Shown here: in pieces, positions 54,829 through 64,000 of the stretch
Layout: the number at the start of each line of letters is the position of its first letter
Numbering within the stretch: position 1 is the first letter of the stretch
NCBI GenBank assembly: GCA_963667015.2
Contig: CAXXJJ010000004.1
Coordinates: forward strand, 3,360,001 to 3,424,000
Origin: Desulfatiglandales bacterium
GTDB taxonomy: Bacteria > Desulfobacterota > DSM-4660 > Desulfatiglandales > HGW-15
Length of the DNA stretch: 64,000 nucleotides
Direction: 5' to 3'
Program-made: the position numbers and the translations under genes
The notes under the pieces: generated by a model
What the model saw: only the letters and a program-made list of their open reading frames with translations
Databases searched by the model: none
What the model was told of the DNA's origin: nothing

Positions 54829-55230
54829 ATTTTCTTTCCAGTCCTTCCTTCAAATTGTTCGGCTTCAGGCAGGGGCCACGGAATGTTTCCCTCCCGGGCA
54901 GGCATTAGATTTTATCGGCCGGCATTATGACATACACACCAGCCAAAGTCCATATTCAGACTTATTTTTATCTTTAATAATCTGCACTTACAGGTTTTAT
55001 CGATTATTTTTTTTATAAATTCAATACCAAAATATCGATCCCCAAAAAATATGTTAAAAATGATATAAAAATTCAGACATTTTCTATACAAATTACAGAA
55101 TATATTATTGCTATTTTTTGTGGTTATTTATTTGAATATAACGAATAATTCAAAACATTCCGGTTCTAAAATCCGGTATACAATTAAAGAAGTTATACAG
55201 AAATACTAACACCTGTTTAAGGAGTATATC

Positions 55231-55491
55231 ATGAATCTTTGGACATTCTTTTGTATAATCATAATAATCGGTGTTACAGGAGAGGCACTTAAAAAAGCAT
55301 CTCAAGGATCCAGGTCCAGGAAAAACATCGAAGCGGACAGACAAGTGCTCAATGAACTGACACGACGCATCAGTGAACTTGAAAACAAAACCGAGATAAA
55401 AGAAATTGAGAAAAGGCTGCAGGCCCTTGAAACAATCGTGGTTGATGAAGGCTACGAATTGGACAGAAAATTCAAAAAGGCCTTCGGCTAA
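55231..55491 (+). CDS. Small membrane-anchored coiled-coil protein (PspB-like)
   Basis: AAGGAG RBS; N-terminal TM; EKRLQALETIV..GY motif. Confidence 0.65.
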   Translation: MNLWTFFCIIIIIGVTGEALKKASQGSRSRKNIEADRQVLNELTRRISELENKTEIKEIEKRLQALETIVVDEGYELDRKFKKAFG

Positions 55492-55497
55492 ATGAAT

Positions 55498-55521
55498 TAC
55501 CCCGCCGCAAATAGCGGGGTA
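55498..55521. terminator. Hairpin after the small gene (terminator or REP-like)
   Basis: TACCCCGC-CGCAAATA-GCGGGGTA. Confidence 0.5.
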
Positions 55522-55801
55522 TGAAAATAAGCTGCCTGATTTAAAATTCCATCCTCAGGCTTCAGCCTGTCATTCATATAATTCTATATAAATAATATAT
55601 ATTTATTATTTAGGGTATTGATAAAAAAGCAAAAAATTGATATATCAGGTCAAAATATAAGGTTTTATTGATGATAGAGTTAAAGATTGAGCATTTTTCT
55701 CCGCATTAATGTCCTCAAAGCATCAATTCATTACATCAAACCACCAGTAAGAGGATTTTTTAAAGGATTATCCCAGACAAGTTAATTTAAGGAAACATTC
55801 A

Positions 55802-58063
55802 ATGAAGGCATCAGTAAAACGGCTGCAAAGCTATCCATATTACATTACTCTTCTTCCATTGCTTATTAATTTATTATTTATTACAGCAACTTACGCCACT
55901 TCTCAGAAGCAGGCTATCAACTACAATATACCATACAGTGAATCAAGTCCGGATATTGATGGCATTATTTCCGAAGGTGAATGGGAGGGAGCTGAGCTCG
56001 TGTATCTGGATAACGAAACCCGTCCTTCTCAAAACATACCGGCACTCGTGGACACCGAGGTGTTATTGATGGAGGACGGCAGTAATTTTTATGTAGCCTT
56101 CATCGCCTCTGATCCAGAGCCGGATAAGATACGCGCCTTTTTCAGTGACCGGGATGGTTGCAGGGATGATGATTTAGTTACTGTTGTTATTGACACATTC
56201 AATGATGAAAGACGTGCTTTTGAGTTTTCCGCCAATCCCCTGGGAGTGCAGATGGATGCCATCTGCGATGATGTATCCGGCGGATTCGACGGAAAGGATT
56301 CCTCCTGGAACTCCATATGGGACAGCTCCGGGACAATATCAGACACAGGATATGTTGTTGAAATGAAGATACCCCTTGACCAGCTTCGTTTCCCTGCCGG
56401 CCTTGACAGGCAGACCTGGGGAATTGATCTTCTCAGGTCCTATCCGAGGGACAAGCGTCATGAGCTGTCTAACAATACCAAGGACTATGATCTCTCATGC
56501 TACCTGTGCCAGCTGAAAAAGGCCGAGGGGTTTTCAAATCTTGAACAGAGCAGGAATCTTCGGATTGTGCCCACATTAACGTCAACCTATTCAAAAACCC
56601 GTCCGAATCCACAGACTGATGACTGGGAGTCAAGTACCAAGCTCGATGCAGGAGTGGATATCCGCTGGGGCATTAATCAGGATTTCTATTTAAATGCCAC
56701 AATCAATCCGGATTTTTCTCAGGTTGAAGCCGACGTAGCCGAACTTGATGTCAATAATACCTTCTCCATTTTCTACCCTGAAAGACGAGAGTTCTTTCTG
56801 GACGGTGCGGATTATTTTAATTCCTATGCCAACCTTGTACATACACGAAATATCTCATCACCCGGCTATGGTATTAAACTAACAGGCAAGCGTGATGTGC
56901 ATACATACGGGTTCTTTTTTGCTGATGATGAAACCACTAATTTTGTTATCCCGGGTAATCAGGGCTCCTTTTTTGCCTCGCTGGAAAACAAAAAAAGTAT
57001 GAATACAGCCTATCGTTATCGCCTTGATGTCAACAGGAACATTAACCTTGGTATGGTTTTTACAGATCGCCGTGCAGATGACTACTCAAATACAGTCATA
57101 GGCTTTGATGGCAATATTCGCGTGGCAAGCAGTGATAATATCGAAGTACAATTAATGAAATCAGTATCAGAGTATCCGTCCTATATCCAGGAGACCTTTG
57201 GCCAGAAAGCAAAAATGGATGATTACGCCTATAAGATTAACTACGACCACCATGACAATGAATGGACCTGGTGGGCACGGTACTCGGAATACGGTGATGA
57301 TTTTCGCGCGGATATGGGATTCATAACACGTGTGGATTACAGAAAAATCGATATCTCAGGCGGGCATAACTGGCGCTTTGGGCCCGGAAGCAAATTTAAC
57401 AGAATCTTCCTGGCCGGAAATTATGAAAAAAGTTATGATGAAGCCGGTAATAACCTCGGGGAAGAGGCTGGAATAAGAATCAATATTGAAGGCCCAATGC
57501 AGTCCTTTATGTTTATGGGTTACAGCCAGGGCGAAGAATATTATAATGGTAAATTTTTTGATGAGTACAACATTTTTTTATTTGGACATATCAGGCCAAG
57601 GGCAGGACTGGATATAGGGGTTGATATCAAAACCGGTGACAGTATTGATTATTTCAATACACGTTCGGGCAGGGTATTCAGTTTCAGCCCGCAAATCGAA
57701 TGGCGGGTAGGAAAGCATTTCAAAATGAACCTGCGCCATAATTATGAGAAAATGGATGTCGACGGTGGAAGGTTATACTCAACTAACTTAACTGATCTGC
57801 GCTTTACACATCAGTTCACTATCAGAAGTTCCCTTCGGATTACTGTTCAATATTCCGACACCAGAAGAAATCAATCTCTATATACATTTTACATGGACAG
57901 TCGATCAAAGAATCTGACGTCTCAGATCCTTTATAATTATAAAATAAACCCGCAAACCAAATTCTTTATAGGTTATTCGGATGCCGGTTTTCAAAATGAC
58001 GAGATGGATAAAATAAATAAAACCAATCGTACCCTGTTTACCAAATGCAGTTATGCCTGGTAA
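55802..58063 (+). CDS. CBM9-like / DUF5916 outer-membrane protein
   Basis: PDIDG.I.E.EW, IDTFNDERRAFEF..NPLGVQ.D, ATINPDFSQVEAD, FYPERREFFL; C-terminal aromatic SYAW. Confidence 0.8.
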   Translation: MKASVKRLQSYPYYITLLPLLINLLFITATYATSQKQAINYNIPYSESSPDIDGIISEGEWEGAELVYLDNETRPSQNIPALVDTEVLLMEDGSNFYVAFIASDPEPDKIRAFFSDRDGCRDDDLVTVVIDTFNDERRAFEFSANPLGVQMDAICDDVSGGFDGKDSSWNSIWDSSGTISDTGYVVEMKIPLDQLRFPAGLDRQTWGIDLLRSYPRDKRHELSNNTKDYDLSCYLCQLKKAEGFSNLEQSRNLRIVPTLTSTYSKTRPNPQTDDWESSTKLDAGVDIRWGINQDFYLNATINPDFSQVEADVAELDVNNTFSIFYPERREFFLDGADYFNSYANLVHTRNISSPGYGIKLTGKRDVHTYGFFFADDETTNFVIPGNQGSFFASLENKKSMNTAYRYRLDVNRNINLGMVFTDRRADDYSNTVIGFDGNIRVASSDNIEVQLMKSVSEYPSYIQETFGQKAKMDDYAYKINYDHHDNEWTWWARYSEYGDDFRADMGFITRVDYRKIDISGGHNWRFGPGSKFNRIFLAGNYEKSYDEAGNNLGEEAGIRINIEGPMQSFMFMGYSQGEEYYNGKFFDEYNIFLFGHIRPRAGLDIGVDIKTGDSIDYFNTRSGRVFSFSPQIEWRVGKHFKMNLRHNYEKMDVDGGRLYSTNLTDLRFTHQFTIRSSLRITVQYSDTRRNQSLYTFYMDSRSKNLTSQILYNYKINPQTKFFIGYSDAGFQNDEMDKINKTNRTLFTKCSYAW

Positions 58064-58188
58064 GGAGTTAATTCCTGACTGGGCATCAGGCAATGTACCA
58101 CCTGACTCATATAAAAGTTTTCATCTTTTGCTATTGTGATTTACTCCCCGTCCCATGCAGGAGGGGCCGGGGAGAACACAGGATTTAT

Positions 58189-59076
58189 CTACGTTGTTGC
58201 ATTGGATTCCTGAATAGCTTCATCGGTATCCAAAGCTGAATCGACCTCTTCAGTCGATACCTCAGTATCGGGCACCTTTTCAATCTTGAGCATTTTTCGT
58301 ATCCTTTCTATGGATACAAGCTTATTGTTTCTCATGGACGGTGTCATAAAAGATTTGAGTTTTACTTCAAGCATCCTTGGATGTGTTTTGCTCTTTATTG
58401 CCATTACTCCCGCCAGGATCATTTTTTGCAAAAGCAGCTCATGGTTTGTTCGTTCCCGGATATTCGCGGCAAAGGGCAGTAAAAAAAAGTTGGAAAATAT
58501 TATACCGTAAAGGGTTGATGTAAGGGCAAGGGGTATTGTTTTCATGATTATGGAAGAATCACCAATGCCGGAAATCATGCTGATTAATCCGACTATGCTG
58601 CCTATAAGACCAAAGGCGGGGCATATTTCCGCAATGGTCCTTAAAATCCTTTCTGACTCTTCCCTGCGGATTTTAAAAAACGCCATTTCCGTGTTTAAAA
58701 TCTCCTTCATTTCTTCTGCCTTGTATCCGTCAACTAGAAACCCTAAAGCACGCCTGAGAAAGAGAATGGATGTCTCACCTTCATCCTCCTGGAGTGAAAG
58801 GAGTCCCTTTATCCGGCTTTTAACCGAGATATCAATAAGTATTTCGACAATCTCATCCGGTTCTTTAACGCGGGAATGCCGTGAATTTTTTATTACCTGC
58901 CACAGGTTGATCAGGCTTTTAATCCTGAAGCTGACCAGTGTTGCCCCCGCAGTCCCGCCAATAACAATAAACAGTGCTGCAAGATTAAAATAAAGCAATA
59001 AATTCCCCTGAAAAGCAAAACCAATAAAAACCAATCCTACACAACAAAGCAGCCCTATTAATTTATTTCTTTCCAT
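58189..59076 (-). CDS. MotA/PomA-family stator subunit
   Basis: AALFIVIGGT, PAFGLIGSIVGLI, ALTSTLYG. Confidence 0.85.
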   Translation of the reverse strand: MERNKLIGLLCCVGLVFIGFAFQGNLLLYFNLAALFIVIGGTAGATLVSFRIKSLINLWQVIKNSRHSRVKEPDEIVEILIDISVKSRIKGLLSLQEDEGETSILFLRRALGFLVDGYKAEEMKEILNTEMAFFKIRREESERILRTIAEICPAFGLIGSIVGLISMISGIGDSSIIMKTIPLALTSTLYGIIFSNFFLLPFAANIRERTNHELLLQKMILAGVMAIKSKTHPRMLEVKLKSFMTPSMRNNKLVSIERIRKMLKIEKVPDTEVSTEEVDSALDTDEAIQESNATT

Positions 59077-59103
59077 AATTTATCTTCCTGTAAGAATCTC
59101 TTT

Positions 59104-59856
59104 TTATAGCGGACTCAAATTATCTGAAATATGTTCTTTAGAAACAATGATCTCAACACGCCTGTTAGCGCTGCGGCCTTCAGGCGTCTCATTGGATGAT
59201 AGAGGTCTATTCTCGGCATACCCTATTACCTGGATACGGCCCGGAGCGACATTAGCCTTCTCAATTAAAAATTTAGCCGCAACACAGGCTCTGGCTGTTG
59301 ACAGTTCCCAGTTGGACGGAAACCTGTCCGTATGGATCGGAACATTATCGGTATGCCCTGAAACGGTTACAGCCAGGTTAGTTGTTTTTAATAATCTTCC
59401 CACTGCCTCCAGAGAACCCATGGCATTTGACCTGAGTTCTGCCTGCCCTGTATCAAAGAGCACATCGCCCGGCAGGATGATTTTTACGGCCTTATCCTTT
59501 ATGAGCTTTACTGTTGTTATATCCCTGAGCTCTTCGGCCTTTAATATCTGTGTGCTCTGCTCGAAAAACCGTGTTAAGTCCTCGGTTTCTTCAGGCTTTA
59601 TTTCTTTTTGGATATCGGATGAATGTTCATTCCGGGAGGGAGGAGTTTCTTTTTTATAGGTATCATATATGTAAAGTACTGCAAAGAATACAAACATGGT
59701 CATCATGAGGTCTGCCCACGGGATGGACCAGTGAGAAGATTTTGTGATACCCCTTCCTGAAAAAATACCTGCCCCATTCAGAGAATCAAGGTCTATATCC
59801 ATTCCACTGTTTGCCCTGTCTTCAGACGAAAAAAAATTTTCATCAAAGGAGTTCAT
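59104..59856 (-). CDS. MotB-family stator subunit (TM plus OmpA-like domain)
   Basis: WSIPWADLMM with the conserved TM Asp; LFDTG, GHTD, SNWELS.ARA, NRRVEI. Confidence 0.87.
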   Translation of the reverse strand: MNSFDENFFSSEDRANSGMDIDLDSLNGAGIFSGRGITKSSHWSIPWADLMMTMFVFFAVLYIYDTYKKETPPSRNEHSSDIQKEIKPEETEDLTRFFEQSTQILKAEELRDITTVKLIKDKAVKIILPGDVLFDTGQAELRSNAMGSLEAVGRLLKTTNLAVTVSGHTDNVPIHTDRFPSNWELSTARACVAAKFLIEKANVAPGRIQVIGYAENRPLSSNETPEGRSANRRVEIIVSKEHISDNLSPL

Positions 59857-60305
59857 CCATATCTCCTGTTCCCTGTATTTTCTATTTAGTTTCCATCCAT
59901 AAACGGCTCTTTTTCACAATCTCTGCGTTATTCTGCACTGGCTTTATTTATTATCTTATCGACATGTTTGAAAAAAACCTTCAATATTTATTAAATTAAA
60001 TCTTTATAACTATCAGTAATTGCAGCATATACCTCCTGCATTCCGTCCCTTTAATTATTTTGACAAAGAAATCAGGTTATGGTTTAAATTTTCAATCATG
60101 TTTTAAACACCTTTTATTACATTCACAGTAACAATAATTCTCGACCTCATTCGTTTTCTAATTTTCAACAGTCTATATTTTATTAATTTAAAATAGTTTT
60201 AATTGATTTTTAATTGTTGATTTTTATAAAGGATTGAAATACTGCATAGTCATTCAGACCGCAACAACCGGATTTTACTGTTACCCTGATAAAAGGGAGG
60301 ATTTC

Positions 60306-60421
60306 ATGAGTTATAAAATAACGATTTCCAGGAGACCGTTGCACGTAATGCCGGATACCTGGTAAAAATATTCCATTCGTACGATCTGGCGGTTGAGTGG
60401 CTTTTAGAAGATGTTCAATAA
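60306..60421 (+). pseudogene. Internally deleted small gene remnant (STAS/SpoIIAA-like C-terminus)
   Basis: Strong GGGAGG RBS plus ATG (MSYKI); an overlapping out-of-frame tail DFQETVARNAGYLVKIFHSYDLAVEWLL*. Confidence 0.4.
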
Positions 60422-60433
60422 ATTGAGGTTAGC

Positions 60434-60922
60434 ATGAAAATCAAGATATTCACCACGGGCGGTACAATTGACAAGATATATTTCGACCAGAAATCCGAGT
60501 ATCAGGTTGGTGATCCACAGGCAAAGGGGGTGCTGGAAAAGGCTAATGTTGTGGTGGAATATGAAGTTGAATCCATATTAAAAAAAGACAGCCTTGACAT
60601 GACCGACGCGGACCGCAAACTGATAAGGGCAAAAGTGGAATCAACTCCATATGACAGGATCATTGTTACACACGGTACTGATACAATGATAAAAACCGGT
60701 TTGGAGCTTGAGTCTGTTTCGGGAAAGACAATTGTTATGACAGGCTCCATGTATCCCGCCCAGTTCAAGGAAAGCGATGCTGTATTCAACATAGGATGTG
60801 CGATAATCTCTGCTCAGATTCTGAAACCGGGTGTTTATATTGCCATGAACGGAAGGATTTTTAATCCCCGGCATGTCCGGAAGAATGTCGAAATGAATAG
60901 ATTTGAAGATATAGAGATATAA
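60434..60922 (+). CDS. Short L-asparaginase domain protein
   Basis: TTGGTIDK, KDSLDM, THGTDTM, MTGS. Confidence 0.88.
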   Translation: MKIKIFTTGGTIDKIYFDQKSEYQVGDPQAKGVLEKANVVVEYEVESILKKDSLDMTDADRKLIRAKVESTPYDRIIVTHGTDTMIKTGLELESVSGKTIVMTGSMYPAQFKESDAVFNIGCAIISAQILKPGVYIAMNGRIFNPRHVRKNVEMNRFEDIEI

Positions 60923-60969
60923 TATATTTTGTATAACCCACTCTCACACCATAATTAAGAGGAAGAGCC

Positions 60970-63900
60970 ATGAAATCACATCATTCCAGAAGATTGTCAG
61001 TTATCTTACTTTTAATCATCCTGTTAACCGCCGGTAATTTATTGGCACAAACGAAGCTGCTGAGGTTTCCGGATATCAGCGGCAACACGGTGGTATTCTG
61101 TTATGGAGGCGATATATGGAAGTCTTCTGCCACCGGCGGGACTGCTGTACGTCTAACCGCCCATCCCGGGCAGGAACTGTTTCCCAGGTTCTCACCCGAC
61201 GGCAAATGGATAGCCTTTACCGGTCAGTATGATGGTGATGAGCAGGTTTATGTAATGCCGGCAGAGGGAGGCGTCCCCAGACAGCTCACCTACTATCCCG
61301 CTCATGGTCCGCTTCCCCCGCGCTGGGGATATGACAACCAGGTATACGGCTGGACACCTGATGGGAAAAAGGTGCTGTTCCGTTCTCTTCGCGACACCGA
61401 TGGAGTCGTCGTACTCACTGCCTTGTACACAGTGAGTGTCGAGGGAGGCCTGCCGGAAAAACTTCCCATGCCCACCTCAGGGGCCGGAGATTTTTCTTCA
61501 AAGGGCAATCAGATAGTCTACTCACCCCTGTTTCGCGATTTCCGTACCTGGAAACGTTATGAAGGGGGCTGGGCACAGGATCTCTATATCTTTGATTTAA
61601 ATACCGGCAATGCCCGAAAGATTGCTGCCAGCAAACGTACAGAACGTGATCCGATGTGGATTGGAGACACGATTTATTTTGCATCGGACCGTGACGGCAC
61701 TCTTAATCTATATGCCTGCAAAATTGATTCGGAGAAATGTACTCAGCTCACACACAGTACACAATGGGATGTCCGCTGGCCCAGTTCTGACAATAAAGGA
61801 AAGATAGTATACGAACTGGACGGTGAGCTGCAGGTTTATGATACAGCCTCCGGGAAGGATAACAGGATTTCCATCAACGTGCCTGACGATGGCCTGGCAA
61901 TGCGACCTTCCCGCTATTCGGCTGAAAAAAACATTGAAGATTTTGAGCTCAGCCCTAAAGGCGAACGGGCCCTGTTTGCAGCGCGGGGAGATATCTTTAC
62001 TGCGCCCATTGAAAAGGGACCAGTCAGAAACCTGACCAATTCCTCAAATGCACATGACAAATGGGCACGCTGGTCAAGGGACGGCAAAAAGATCGCTTTT
62101 ATATCTGACTTAACAGGAGAGGATCAGGTATATATAATCGATCAGGATGGAACAGGCGAGCCTGAACAGCTGACAGATGGGTTCAAGGCCATGTTGTACC
62201 GGCCGGAATGGGCTCCTGACGGAAAGCGCCTTGCCTTCTCGGATAAAGACGGCAGGCTTTATGTGGTGACTGTCCCGGGCAAAAAGACTGTGCAAATCGC
62301 AGATGATGACTATGGAACGATTGATGATTATGCATGGTCTGCAAACGGCGGACACCTGGCCTTCTCCATGGCAGATTCCAATCAGTACCGCTCCATTTAT
62401 ATCTGGAGCGCTGCAGACGGTAAGGTAAAGCGTATTACGGGTACCTACTTCAATGAACACGATCCCGTATGGGATACTGAGGGTAATTACCTCTACTACC
62501 TTTCGGAGCGGCAGTTTGCACCACAGATAAGCACAGTTGAGTGGAACTTCGCTACGAACCGCCAGACCGGTATTTTTGCCCTGGCGCTGCGTAAAGACGT
62601 TAAACACCCTTTTCCGCCTGAAAGTGATGAAGTCTCCTTCGACGATAAAAAAGAGGATGAAAAAGACAAAAAAGATAAGGGGAAAAAAGAAAGGGATAAA
62701 AAGGAAGAAAAGAAAGAGTATATAAAGATTGATTTTGACGGGCTTTCAGAACGTGTAACCCCTGCACCCATAGAAGCTGATAACATTGAAAAGTTCTCTG
62801 TAACAAAGGATAACCTGATTTATATGGCATCGGCAGCGGAATTTTACGGCAGAGACAGTGCAGAGAAACCCGGCCTTCATATCTTTACCTTTGAAAAGCG
62901 TAAAGACATGGTAATGGTAAAAGGTATCAACGGATATGCCCTCTCGGCAGATGGAAACAAGGTGCTGGTAAAACAGGAAAAGGCATATAATCTGTATGAT
63001 GTAAAGCCGGAGGAAAAGGAAGAAGCTCTGAATAAAAAAACTGTTTCTACCAAAGGGCTTATGATGGACCGTGTTCCGGCTCAGGAGTGGGAAGAAGTCT
63101 TTAATGAAGTATGGCGACGCTACAGGGATTTCTTTTATGTAAAGAATATGAACGGCTATGACTGGAAAGCAATAGGTGACCAGTACAGGACCCTGCTCAA
63201 ACATGTGGCCCATCGTTCTGACCTCAACTATATCATTGGAGAGATGATTGCCGAGCTAAATGCGGGACACTGCTATATTGCGGGAGGTGACTTTGAAATT
63301 CCCGAGAGACCAAAAGTGGGATTACCCGGTGCACGTTTTGAACTGGATAAAGAGGAAGAACTCTACCGCATTTCAAAGATTTTTAAAGGAGATAATGAGG
63401 AGAATAAATATCTTTCACCTCTAATGGAGGTAGGGATTGATGCGAAGGTCGGGGATTATGTCCTTGCTATTAACAATGAAGAACTCAAGGGCAGCGATAA
63501 TCCCTACAGGCTGCTGCAGAACAAAACAGATCCGGTAACCCTCACACTCAATTCAAAACCCGGCTCAAAGGGTTCACGTAAAGTGACATATAAACCTATC
63601 ACAAGTGAAGCCGCTCTGCTTTATCTGGAGTGGGTGCAAAAAAATATCAAAAAGGTTGCTGAAATGACTGATGGCCGAGTTGGTTACCTGCATATACCTG
63701 ATATGGGTTCGGATGGTATTTATGAGCTTATAAAATGGTTTTACCCCCAGATACGCAAGGAGGGTCTTATTGTTGACGTAAGATCAAATGGCGGCGGCAA
63801 TGTTTCTCAATGGATTATCGAGCGCCTGGACACCAAACTGCTTGGGACAAGGTTTGATTATGCCAGCGATATGCCCGAAACATATCCCTCTACCGTGTTT

Positions 63901-64000
63901 CATGGCCACAAGGTATGCCTGATCAGCGAAACCTCGGCCTCGGACGGTGATATTTTTCCCTACTACTTTCGCGAAGCAGGGCTTGGACCTTTGATCGGAA
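60970..64000 (+). CDS. Tricorn-like S41 protease (partial, continues past right edge)
   Basis: Not in the ORF track. Signal peptide then TKLLRFPDISG..VVF.YGGDIW, PD40 repeats (PRFSPDGKWIAF), ELNAGH, PDZ region, GYLHIPDMG, DVRSNGGG, SASDGD. Confidence 0.93.
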   Translation, partial: MKSHHSRRLSVILLLIILLTAGNLLAQTKLLRFPDISGNTVVFCYGGDIWKSSATGGTAVRLTAHPGQELFPRFSPDGKWIAFTGQYDGDEQVYVMPAEGGVPRQLTYYPAHGPLPPRWGYDNQVYGWTPDGKKVLFRSLRDTDGVVVLTALYTVSVEGGLPEKLPMPTSGAGDFSSKGNQIVYSPLFRDFRTWKRYEGGWAQDLYIFDLNTGNARKIAASKRTERDPMWIGDTIYFASDRDGTLNLYACKIDSEKCTQLTHSTQWDVRWPSSDNKGKIVYELDGELQVYDTASGKDNRISINVPDDGLAMRPSRYSAEKNIEDFELSPKGERALFAARGDIFTAPIEKGPVRNLTNSSNAHDKWARWSRDGKKIAFISDLTGEDQVYIIDQDGTGEPEQLTDGFKAMLYRPEWAPDGKRLAFSDKDGRLYVVTVPGKKTVQIADDDYGTIDDYAWSANGGHLAFSMADSNQYRSIYIWSAADGKVKRITGTYFNEHDPVWDTEGNYLYYLSERQFAPQISTVEWNFATNRQTGIFALALRKDVKHPFPPESDEVSFDDKKEDEKDKKDKGKKERDKKEEKKEYIKIDFDGLSERVTPAPIEADNIEKFSVTKDNLIYMASAAEFYGRDSAEKPGLHIFTFEKRKDMVMVKGINGYALSADGNKVLVKQEKAYNLYDVKPEEKEEALNKKTVSTKGLMMDRVPAQEWEEVFNEVWRRYRDFFYVKNMNGYDWKAIGDQYRTLLKHVAHRSDLNYIIGEMIAELNAGHCYIAGGDFEIPERPKVGLPGARFELDKEEELYRISKIFKGDNEENKYLSPLMEVGIDAKVGDYVLAINNEELKGSDNPYRLLQNKTDPVTLTLNSKPGSKGSRKVTYKPITSEAALLYLEWVQKNIKKVAEMTDGRVGYLHIPDMGSDGIYELIKWFYPQIRKEGLIVDVRSNGGGNVSQWIIERLDTKLLGTRFDYASDMPETYPSTVFHGHKVCLISETSASDGDIFPYYFREAGLGPLIG

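Noticed and set aside
54830..54960. Possible c-di-GMP riboswitch upstream of the PilZ gene
   Set aside because: GC-rich leader, but I could not match the known aptamer consensus.
58189..59856. Zorya (ZorAB) anti-phage system
   Set aside because: The A subunit lacks a long cytoplasmic tail, the gene order is reversed, and no zorC/D/E genes are adjacent.
61302..63213. Short ORFs on both strands
   Set aside because: Overlap the long tricorn protease frame starting at 60970.

Overview
Bacterial genomic DNA of moderate GC; the gene content suggests Desulfobacterota/Deltaproteobacteria (inference). From left to right: (1) a giant RTX-type surface protein of at least 4146 aa (LEPR-XLL and DUF4347 N-terminus) that is missing from the ORF track and runs off the window, preceded by its TolC; (2) a housekeeping block, fba-yhaM-moaA; (3) a variable accessory region at about 17.9-50.3 kb containing an S8 protease, two-component genes, a sigma54-preceded Nif11-like gene, esterases, a xylose-type ABC transporter, many gene remnants, a type III-like restriction-modification locus that displaced a type I hsdM, and a repeat-flanked ParB-HTH-methyltransferase; (4) a PilZ / Ser-Thr kinase-TPR / LysM / pentapeptide cluster, a DUF5916 protein, a motB-motA pair, an asparaginase and a tricorn protease running off the right edge. 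The most striking structure is at 37.9-38.7 kb. There, diverged copies of the right anchor of the accessory region (methylase 3' end plus pentapeptide gene) are fused to a copy of the left anchor (fba 5' end plus promoter). This looks like two different cargo alleles of the same fba-to-pentapeptide slot placed in tandem. No rRNA, tRNA, CRISPR array, integrase or transposase was recognised. All calls come from reading the sequence by eye; no database searches were run.
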